NCBI RefSeq assembly: GCF_009914755.1
Contig: NC_060931.1
Reading direction: 5' to 3' (one strand)
Source of the DNA: the human T2T-CHM13v2.0 reference genome, Homo sapiens
Length of the DNA stretch: 64,000 nucleotides
Shown here: piece after piece, positions 30,490 through 43,628 of the stretch
Numbering within the stretch: the first letter of the stretch is position 1
Layout of the letters: every line of letters begins with the position of its first letter
Notes under the pieces: model-generated
What the model was told of the DNA's origin: nothing
Databases searched by the model: none
Seen by the model: only the letters and a program-made list of their open reading frames with translations
Made by a program: the position numbers and the translations under genes

Positions 30490-31080
30490 TATATAAATAG
30501 GTTTACATAAGTAAGAATTATTTTGGCTGCAAGTAACAAAAAAAAATGTAAATGGCTTAAATATCTTGTGTACTATATTATTATCTCTATAACAAGGAGT
30601 CCAGAGATAGTGCTAGTCCTAGCTTCATTATTTCAGCAGTTCTTTAAGGAGCCAGTAGCTTTTCCTCATTCTGCTCTGCCATCCTCCACCTTTCGGCTAG
30701 CTCTCTTCACGATCACAACATGACTACTGTGGCTTCAGGCATCACGTCCATGTGGAGCAACTTTCATAGGCAGAAAAGTAAATAGTCTTTTGTTGAATCT
30801 TATCTGAAGAACTAAGACATTTCTCAGAAACTCCCCAAGGGAATTTACTTTTCCTTACTTAGAAGTGGGCTATAAGCGATTTCCTAAACTAATAACTGGT
30901 GAAGAGATGGAATTACCTTGCTTGATTTAGTCTAGTTCCTTCCCGTGGTCTGAGGCCATCCTGATACGAAACACTTACCAGTGTTATAAACATGTGGATA
31001 CTTGAACAAAACTGGCATTTTGATACTAAGAAAGTTGGGGAGGAGGAGAAAAAATACATTCCAGGTAGACAACCAACAAT
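30490..31080 (-). mobile_element. MLT1J/K-like LTR
   Basis: TTTTGGCTGCAAGTAACA..AAATGGCTTAAA, CATTCTGCTCTGCCATCCT and GGTAGACAACCAACA, i.e. a reverse MaLR. Confidence 0.65.
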
Positions 31081-32258
31081 TTCTTTAGTAACTAACTTTG
31101 TGGTTTTCTAAGTTCTATCTGAAAAGATATTCAACTGAAGCAAAGCATCTCCTTAGTCAATGTTAAAAGCGTCAATTTCCCCAATGATAAAAGGCATCAT
31201 GGATTTTATATTAGACAATGAAGACTTTCCAGTTAATTTTAAAAGGGAGATTTGGGATAAGAATATAAAAAGGCATTTTATTGATTCAATTTAGCATACT
31301 GTTTGGGCTAGCAAATATATTAAATTTATACAGTTTTATATTTCATTTATAGTATATATGTATTTTGCACATTCCTTTTTTCAAGCCAGATAGACAGTAT
31401 TTTGCACATTCATATATAGTATGTACTCCATAATGAATCTGACATAAGGAAAATGATTTTAAATTTAAAACATTAATGTAATTCAAAATACTATATTCTT
31501 CACTTTATGGCAAAAACTTGTGGGATCCTTTCCACTTAAACTTAGTTTTAGTTTTTCTTTACATTTTTGATTTCTCACCAAAGCAATGCCAGTACTTGGA
31601 CTTTAGCTAAACACTTATAAATTAGGCATAATTTAACTTATTTTTAATAATTATTTTTTATAATTGCAATATACCGTATATTCATATTATTGAAAGCAGG
31701 TCTCTCATTTTACTCTGAGACATTTAAACCAATAAAAATGTAAACCATTCTGCAAATGCATTATCCAGTTCATGAATAAGTATGTACCTTGCCCCTGCCT
31801 CTTCTTTTGTAACACTAATATAAGGTTATAATCCTGTGCATTGTAACATTAATATTAGGATATTATCCCATACACTGCAACACCAGCACATCAGCTTGTA
31901 CATTATGTGGTCCACCAGCCACTTTGCGATACAAATAAAAATGACCAAAATCCAAACTTTTAAATCTGACTTCTTTTAATCACTTCTCAACAACTAATAT
32001 ATACAACACATAGAAATCATTTAGGTGCTTTATTTCATTATGTCTTCATGGACTCTCATAATCAGAGTTAATAAGGGTTAAAAATATCACTGATAATTGA
32101 AAATTGATGGGTGACTATGCAAGCTTTCCAGCTTGATTTGTCACACATGGAATAGTTTAATGTAACTGTTTTCCCTAAACTAAGGCTGTATCCTCACATG
32201 CCTAAGTGCCTTTCCGAGACTATTTATTTAAAAGCTGGCACTGAACCTTAGTGTTTGA

Positions 32259-32261
<3 letters not shown>

Positions 32262-32297
<36 letters not shown>
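32262..32297. repeat. (GT)n microsatellite, with a paralogous copy at ~33074-33121
   Basis: Seen directly. Confidence 0.95.
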
Positions 32298-32298
<1 letters not shown>

Positions 32299-32799
32299 CC
32301 ATGTATCCAAAGATGCAGAACAAATCTGTTGTTCACTAGGGTGACTCCCACGCTAGACTGAAGAAGAGCAAAGCATAGGAACTTCCAACTAAAGAGAAAA
32401 AGGAGATCCAACTATAGATACTGTTTCAGAAGAAACACTAAGAAAGAGGACTTGAGTATTTTAACTGCTAGTAGGTAATAGGATCTTTGATAAAGCTCTT
32501 GCTCTTCCAGAAGAGGTAATCAATTTTCTTCTGCTCATTCAGCCTTCACTCTTCACACACACAAAATGTCTACTCCCTAAGTATATGACTTGCTAGAATG
32601 GTAAGATTACCGTTATCTATGTTCAGGGTGTTTTTAGAAATAAGCCAAGACTTTTGGAACATTTTAGTGACCCTCCAAGCCTAAATACTTGCTATGTTTT
32701 GAAGAAACTTTGTCTAGCAAAGAGTTTAACATCCTTACATCATAGACTGTGAAAAAAAAAAAGGAAATTAGGTATTGCAGATCAGAATGCAGATCAGAA

Positions 32800-33084
32800 G
32801 GCTGGGCATGGTGACTCACGCCTGTAATCCCAGCACTTTGGGAGGCAGAGGTGGGCAGATCACTTGAGGTCAGGAGTTCAAGACCAGCCTGGCCAACATG
32901 GTAAAACCCCATCTCTAGTAAAAATACAAAAATTAGCCGGGTGTGATGGTGGGTGCCTGTAGACCCAGCTACTTGGGATGCTGAGGCAGAAGAATCACTT
33001 GAACCCAGGAGTCGGAGGTCTCTGTGAGCAGAGATGATGCCACTATACTCCAGCCTGAACCTTAGTGTTTGAAGTGTGTGTGTG

Positions 33085-33123
<39 letters not shown>

Positions 33124-33240
33124 TCCATGTACCTAAAGATGCAGAACAAATTTGTTGTTCACTGGGGTGACTCCCACACTAGACTGAAGAAAAGCAAAGC
33201 GAGACTCCTTCTTAAAAAAACAAAACAAAACAAAAGAAAA
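32800..33240 (+). mobile_element. AluS (Sx/Sz-like) containing a 146-bp non-Alu insert
   Basis: GGCTGGGCATGGTG start. Alu sequence continues to CAGCCTG (33057), resumes as GAGACTCC at 33201, then an A-rich tail. Confidence 0.93.
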
Positions 33241-33737
33241 ACTTCACAAAAAGCAACATTGGACAATTCATATCTCTGAAACTTATTGGTGTTTACAAAA
33301 TCCAGCTAATCAGATTTGACAAGTTTAGGGTATGTCACTAGATTAATCTGTGGGTTTCTATAGCACTTATTATCCTCCACATAGCAACACAAAATACTCA
33401 TATAAGCAAAAATACTCACTTGTAAAATGCAAAATGTTAAAAATGTATGCAATTGTTTTTGTATTATTTTTACTCAGACATTCCCTGTGATCTATTAAGT
33501 GACAATGTAAAGTATAAACAGTTTTTGTGCTACACTTGATCCATGGCAATATAAATAATTCAATTTATGCTGGAATTGGGAAATTTACTTTTTAACAAAC
33601 ATCTTCAAACACAATGTAATATAAAAATAGATTTTTAAATATACATTTTGATTTTTAATTAAATAGTTTTGTTTCTTTCTGCTTCATTTCACAGAGTCAC
33701 TTAATAAAATCCATGGTACTTACAGAAAAATTCCTGA

Positions 33738-36130
<2,393 letters not shown>

Positions 36131-36472
36131 AGAAAATTCAACATAGACAAAATCTCTCTTTGCACTATAAAGGTTTATTTTTTTCTTCTGTAACATATCT
36201 GTGTTTGGGTATATCCAATGATATATCCAAAGTATAGCAAGTATTTAGGCTCAAACTGCCATGGTTTTGACAGTGATTTTTTTTTTAAAGTAAGCCAAAA
36301 TAAATAAAAATGGCATAAAACCTCATAAGGATTCATGTAACGATTACATGGAGAAATTATTTCCCCAGGTAGAGCAAGCCATCTAATTATTTCAAATATT
36401 GAAACAAATCTAGCCATTCATATAAATCACCCACTCATTAGCCTAATGGATCTTTGAAAGTATATCAATGGG

Positions 36473-36812
<340 letters not shown>

Positions 36813-39800
36813 TTAATATTCAATAACTTATCAAAGAAGGAAACTTTTATTGTTTCTTCCAGACCACTCAAAACAGTCAACAATATATATTAAACTTAAC
36901 ACAAATTTTAACTTTTTTAAAAATATCTCAATATGAAGTCCTTTTAGAGTTGACAAAGATGTCAGTAAGACGTAATAATAAAAGCAATTTTTATTAATTA
37001 TCTATGATGATATGGACATTGTACTATGTATGTCCCTATGCAAGTCTTTAACAATGTAAATTCAGCAATTATTATATTACTAAGTTTTCTATATAAGATA
37101 ATTTACTTTTATTAAAGGAAATATAACAAATACTTACTAGAGACAGAAGAGAGCTGAGAATAGAATGGAGTAAGTAATAATAAAGTCACTAAACTAAGGC
37201 AGTTGTATGTTTGTTGTCATAATATATAGCCAGATTATAGCTAGGAGAGATTTTTAGAAATTAATACTGAACCCTGGAGCTTCAAGGTAGATGTTTCCAT
37301 TGAACTGTAAAATAGGATTAATTCAACGAAAATGCTAAAATTATGGGGAAGCTAGCAGTGGAAGTATTGTTGGTTGCTTCACCTTGTAACAGTATTAATA
37401 CACAGACTTACTTATATTGCATTTCTTTCATACAAAGTATGAAAATACTATAAAATAGTATTTTAATAGTACTATAGTACGTTAATAGTATTTAAATAGT
37501 ATTTAAATTTAATGGTATTTTAACAGTACCATAAAATACTATAAAATAGTATAGTATAAAATACTATAAAATGCAATACAAATAGCCTTTTAACTTATTT
37601 ACATTGCAATACTCACAAATGCAAAGTATTATTTTTGCTGAATTTGATGCATTTCCTCTTTATTATACATTGTTGACTGTGAACACTTAAGAGTTAACTT
37701 TTATTATTGTTATTCTTTATGAGGTGCTTAATTTCTAGCTGAGAAGTAAAAGTTCAACAGCATGATACTTACTCTTAACTACAATGATGTATTAATATAA
37801 GAAGTATAAACTCCTAAACTTAATAAATTCTAATAGGATTTCTATGTTGTCAAGTTTAGAGTAAATAATTCAATATATTCAGCAATTCTTTGGGAGTAAA
37901 GATATGCGGTATGAAGAAAACAAATTACTATGTAAAAATAAACTATGTCTAAAGTATAAAATAAATATAAAATAGCAGATGTTTACACATAAAGGGAGGA
38001 TCAGTGGAAGTTATTTTTAAAAAGTGAAAATATTTTCCATTGTATTTATTGATATTATTCTTCAAATAAATTCTTTTCAAATAAAATATTTATTTCATTC
38101 TGCAAAAAAACCTTAAAATACAACTTGCAAAATACTCTATATTAATGTCAATCATTTCATATTTTTCAGTTAATGTGAATTGAGTAAAATATCTTGAAAA
38201 TTAAAAACACCTCATAATGTCACTAGCTCAAAATGACCAATATGTTTGCAATAGCATTTACTAAAATCTACATAATGCTTATCACCTGCCAGACACTACA
38301 CACTTTAAATACATAACTTATCTAATATTCTTAAGGTGCCATTACTACCCCAGGTTAGTTATCTTGTACATATAGCTAGCACTAACTGACATACTCAGGA
38401 ATTAAAACTAGGTGGTCTACTTAGGAGACTGTACCTTTAACCATTGCTCTACCCCACCTTCTGAGGAAAATGATTCTGCCAGGGTCTGTATGTATTTGAA
38501 AGTCATTAATTAAACTATAATCAATCAGAGATGTCAAATGTGAATATGCTTTTCTCATTATGAAAGTGAATTTGTGAGTTACAAGCAATGAAAAGGAAAG
38601 TGAGCATAATAAACATGCCAAAAGATTAAACAGTGTAAATGTTAAGAATAGGGACAGTACAGATAAAAAGCAAATAATCATATTTAACATTCGAGGTCAT
38701 ACCATTTAAATTATCTACATGTACCAGAAAACTACAGTGGTATCACTTATAAATTATGCCCCAAGAGAACCGTCTCATTAACCTTGTTCAAAACATTAAT
38801 GGTACTTTATTTCTAAAATAATAAACTGATCAAAATGTTTAAACAATGTTTTGTTTATTAAACAACACTATTCATATACCTCACATTTCTACAGAAAAAA
38901 AGTCAATCTTTATTTTCAGAAAATTTGACATAATTTGTTTTTACCTTTTCAGATACAAAGGAGTATAGAGATCTGACTCTATTATTCTAAGCCTGAAGTC
39001 AGTCAAGAAGAAAGTATGACTCTTAATAAATGTGGATCTACTTTCCTTTGAAGGTATCTTTGAAAGGAGCAGTAGGAGGGAGAGCAATGTAGATCTTCTC
39101 TAAAACTGAATTTCAAAGGATTTATTTGGCCCATCTTCCACATGGGAAGAATTAGAATTTTTTTTTTTTTTTTGCCTTTTATTTCCCATTGTGAGACCCT
39201 AAATGGGAAAATAAGTCCAGGTTATGTAGGTCTCTATGTGGTATTAGATGCAATAGCAGCCATAGTGCAAGGAATGTAGGCCACAAAGGCCTGTGTAACT
39301 GGCTGCTGTGAACTTTAGTGGCAAACCTTAAAAAAGGGAAAAGAAAAAGGAAAGAAGACCTTTAGCACTTCCATATAGATCTCAACATCACTCAAAAAAC
39401 TTTCTTCAACTGGGTCTGATGCATTAACGAGATCATAGAATTACTGCTAATTTAGAATTACATACTTTGGTGAGGAAAGTTTATTATTACAAATAAAATG
39501 CCATAGTTTATAAAAAAGAATTGGGTGTGACAATAAGCCATATTTTAATATGTGGTTTATTATTGTGTGGATTAAAAGCAGAAAGCTTAAATTAAAAAGA
39601 TAATTCCTTGAATTTCATTAAACAGTTTTAAAAATTGTTTTGCAGGTATTTAAACAGTGTAGAAACACTGTGAGATATATACATATATATATATATATAT
39701 AATGTCTTAAAATCCCAACATTTTAAAAGGAGCTCACCTCCTTTTAAAATTATGACAGATGAAAATTATGATAACTGTAATGTAAAATTAGGCAAACAAG

Positions 39801-40539
39801 TAAATAAAATTAAGTAAATAATGCAATTTTACCTGGTGCACTTATTAACAATATTCTTATTATTCAAATCTTACCTTTTCTTTATAAAATCTTCCTTAAA
39901 CTATGATAATTCTTGTAGTTTCTGTATAATACCCAATGTCTGAATGAATATTCAAAAATCAGTCTCATTAATGTTTTAAAAACGCAACTGCTAAACAAAC
40001 CATGTTTAAGTTTTTCAGCTATGCTAGCTTTTGCATCTCTTGAAACATAACTACTGGGCCAAGAGTTTCTAAATGATTTTCCAGTAAATGACATCTGTAT
40101 TGAAACCTAAGACACACAGGCACTATAGTAAAGGTTCTGAAAAATTTCATTTTTTATAATCATAAATAAAATTAATCTATGATTTGACGAGGAAAAGAAT
40201 TATTAGAATAGCAACATGAATCATATTTAAAAGAATATACAAGAGAATTAATTATTCCACAAAAGGTAAAAGAAATATTTTGTTTTGTTTTGTTTTTGGT
40301 CAGCAGTGGTTCAGGAGATGAACCAACTGTGGGCTCTCTGGCTATCATTATACAAATTTATCATCAATGAACCAGTGAAGCACGAAACTGAGGGTTAATA
40401 TAGAATGAAAAGAGACTTTCCCCTCAATATATCACTTTAGAAGCATATATTCTGAGTTCTAAAAGCAATAATCTTCCACATAAAATTCAATACAAGAGTG
40501 ATCTCCAACCACATTAGATCAAATTATGGCAAGATTCAA

Positions 40540-41000
40540 ATAATATCTAATCCAGGTCCTCATCTTATATAGGAATCCCTGGCATATGGTCATTTCAGCC
40601 TCTTCATGGATACCCACAATGATGGGAACTTCAGCCAACAGGGTGCTCACAAATTTTTGGAAAACTCTGTTAGAAAGCTCATGATTTAATGAAAGTAAAG
40701 CTGCTTCATCCTTTCAAATTTCTCATAGATTTATCACCATTTTGTCCTGTGGGCTATCACAGGATAGTCAGAATTCCTTTTCTTACCTGATAGCTTTTCG
40801 CTATTTAATGATAGCTTTCATTCTTTCACTTCTCCACGTTAAGTCTTTCCACGGCATTTCATAGAATACATCTATAATACACAATAATCTTCCTTTATTT
40901 CTCTTTTGAACTTACTCTTTGCTAGCGTGACAGTTTGCCAACGTCCGCCTCAACAAGGAGTGCTCAGAATTGAACACAACATTTAAGATGTGATGATCAT
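40540..41000 (-). mobile_element. L3/CR1 LINE fragment
   Basis: CAGCCTCT..GATACC..ATGATGGGAACT, CTCTGTTAGAAAG and CAGAATTGAACACAAC..AGATGTG resemble CR1/L3 consensus phrases. Confidence 0.55.
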
Positions 41001-42822
41001 TGCAAACTATAATAGGGCATCCGTTTGTGGGACTCTATTAAGTCCAATTTAACAACGCTTAACTTTTGCAGCCACGTTCCATGACAAATATCAAGCATTT
41101 GGCCAACAAAACCATGGTCATTAGTTGTGTAGTAGACTTTTCGTACCCAAAGATCTTTCCATTTATGTCTATTCCTATAAGGTGGTATTTTGACATCGAA
41201 CATGTTAACATGAATCTCTGTATTTGAACCTTAGGTATCTTATCTTCAAAAATATCAAGTTACTCTATTTTCCTTCCTACCAAACTCATATCCCTTCAGT
41301 GTTAAATAGTATGGAGCTATGTTGACTTATAATAACCTATCTCAATTTATTACCTCTTAATACTCAAGAATACCCAAGGAAAACATTTTCTTGTATGGCA
41401 ATTTACATTTAAGAAACCTTGCCCAGTACTTCTTTTTATCTTGTTTATTTTAAAACAAGTTTTTTAGAGAATAATTTAACAGTGCGGTACATCTCCGTAA
41501 AAGCATTTCTTAGTAGTTGATCATGATTAAGCGGCAAAATGCAGGTAATGACATGCTCAATTCCACCTTTGAGTCAGGACAAACAGTGTACATCGACGAC
41601 AACAACAAACCCTTATGCTAATATGCCTGTGACGCAAATATCCATACATACCGCACACGAATTGTGCAGTGAGCTAAAAAAGAAAACAGAAAAGAAAAAA
41701 GCTACTACTTTATTCTACTTAAAGTTGTCCTCTATTCAAACTTTTATCTCACTCTTCTCTCCTTCTGCACCATAATTTTCTTTCGAGCAAAGACAGGGAG
41801 TTCTGGATGATTCCAATCTCCCCAAATCCACATCACAGCCTCCAATTGAGGTTCATTTAAGTCAGGTTGGAGCTGAGGGAGCCTGGGCTGGAACCGGCCA
41901 GGGTTTCATCCAGCTCCTCCCCCAAAACACGCCCCCCAAATCGGAGCCAGAGGAGAGCCCAACCACAGAGGACTTCCACTCAATGAGGGCAACCCCTGAG
42001 TAAAGTCCATGCGGACAACCATTCATCTCCTCCGACAACCATTCATCTCCTCCGACCCCCGCCCAGCACTAGACTGCGCTCCTAGCACCGCGCCTTCTTC
42101 CGGAGCCTCCTCCCCCGGGCTGGCTAGGGGTGAGCGCAGGGGTTAGTCAGTACGCACGTGACGCGCGATGCCCACATGACACGACCGTGGGCGGGGGAGG
42201 GGGACACGGAGTGAAGAAGGGGAAAAGTTACAGAAGACCCGTCAAAGCGCCCAAAGCAATTTGTCCCTTCTTTTCTTCGCCAGCGGTGGCTCACGGATCC
42301 CTAAGGGACAGCTGGGGACCCAGGCGCCCCCAGCCCAGCCCCAGAAACGCTGGACGCAGTTCTCCGCTCACCCCACCACCTTCTCTTCCCAGACCCGCTG
42401 GTGATGCCGCTGCACCCTGAAGTTGCTCCTTCCTTCTTTCCCTCCCTTCCTCCCATTCTTTCTTTCTTTTCTTCCTTCCTCCCTTCCCCAAAAGCTCTTC
42501 ATCCGCTTCGGGTGATGCCACTGACGCACATTCAATTTGCCCCAGCAGCTCTGAGGAGGTCAGACCAGGCCGAGCACCTTCCAAAGGGGAGGGTCTAACT
42601 GAGCAAACAAAGTTGCACGCCACACCACAACCTGCCCCTCCCCTCCCTTTAGCCCCCAAGTCGAATCCCCGGCGAAACTCACTTGCACTGCGGGTGCTCT
42701 CTGGCCCCCACCCCATCATCGCGCAACACACCCCCTTCAACATGCGCGGCCACCCTTTCATTGCCCTGCGCCCCGAGCGGTCCCACCGCCCGGCAAAACA
42801 CTGAGCAAGCCGCTGCTCTCAC

Positions 42823-43123
42823 CTTGCTTGACACACTTGAGCCGGAGGGGGTCCTTGCAGTGTTTGATCACGGCCAGCACGTCCCTGATGGTGAGCCCCG
42901 CCACGGGGGTCTCGTTCACCTCCAGCAGCAGCTCCTCCGACACCAATTTGCTGCCGCTCTCATAGGCCACCTTGCCGGGCTTCACCTCCCCCAGGTAGGG
43001 GAACTGTCCATTCTCGGCGCCCCCCTTCAGTTCAAAGCCCAGCTGGCCCTCCGGGTTCCTGCCAATGACACTCTCATGGACTTTGCTAGTCCAGTGGCTT
43101 TTCTTTTTCAAGCTTTTGGACAT
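42823..43123 (-). CDS. MAGI2: MAGI2 coding exon 1 (N-terminal PDZ0 domain, 301 nt, phase-1 intron follows)
   Basis: Translation MSKSLKKKSHWTSKVHESVIGRNPEGQLGFELKGGAENGQFPYLGEVKPGKVAYESGSKLVSEELLLEVNETPVAGLTIRDVLAVIKHCKDPLRLKCVKQG is the recognisable MAGI2/S-SCAM N-terminus with a PDZ fold (GFELKGG loop, LLEVN). Start context is ACTGCCATG. The exon ends at a canonical donor AAG|GTGAGA (plus strand ctcac at 42818-42822). The ORF-track tail ESSGLL... is intron read-through. Confidence 0.97.
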
Positions 43124-43470
43124 GGCAGTGGGGCGAGTCGCCTCAGTTCCTGGGCTCCTTGGGGTTAGGGGGGCTGGTGGTGAGAGAATGAGGATGGAGG
43201 AGCAAGGGGGCCCAGGGGGAAGAACAGCAGACTTTGCCTTCGCCCCCCTCTATTCGGTGCTTTCCCTCTTCTTTGGATGGAGTGTGGACGAGGAATGGGG
43301 AGGATGAGAGGGACGGCTGGGCAGAGGTAGGAGAGCTTGGATGAGGTTGTGCTGTCCCTTGAATGACACTCAAGGCTGTGGCCCCGCAGCAGAGGAAGCA
43401 GTGGTGGTGGCGTCGGCGGCGGCGGCGGCGGCAGCCGGAGCGAGCAGTAGCCGAGCTGGTGAGCGGGTGT
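43124..43470 (-). other. MAGI2: MAGI2 5' UTR (upstream boundary approximate)
   Basis: Directly upstream of the ATG inside the CpG island. No upstream ATG on the minus strand until 43574. Contains a (GCC)6 tract. TSS position is inferred, not seen. Confidence 0.7.
43414..43432. repeat. (CGG)6 / (CCG)6 trinucleotide tract preceded by (GTG)3
   Basis: GTGGTGGTGGCGT CGGCGGCGGCGGCGGCGGC seen directly. Confidence 0.95.
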
Positions 43471-43592
43471 GGTGGGGGTGGGGAAGGAGGGTAGGGATGC
43501 CGGGGGCCACTCCTGCGTGGTGCGAGTGGGAACGCGCGCGCGCGCCTGGGTGTGTGTTGTTAGCTGATATCCATGGCAGCTGCAGTGGCAGG

Positions 43593-43626
<34 letters not shown>

Positions 43627-43628
43627 AC
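43593..43628. repeat. (GT)n/(GC) alternating purine-pyrimidine tract in the promoter
   Basis: GTGCGTGTGCGTGTGT...GTAC, 36 bp. Confidence 0.95.

Larger units (their letters stand above)
42700..43458 (+). ncRNA. MAGI2-AS3: Probable first exon of antisense lncRNA MAGI2-AS3 (5' end uncertain), overlapping MAGI2 exon 1
   Basis: MAGI2-AS3 is known to be transcribed head-to-head from this promoter. Strong + strand donor CTG|GTGAGC after 43458. The start coordinate is a guess. Confidence 0.6.

Noticed and set aside
42758-42822. C-terminal 20 codons of the 121-aa ORF
   Set aside because: Read-through past the MAGI2 exon 1 donor into the intron.
43143-43373. 76-aa uORF in the MAGI2 5'UTR
   Set aside because: Starts at TTG, not ATG. 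No upstream ATG exists in the UTR, and nothing in the sequence supports its use.
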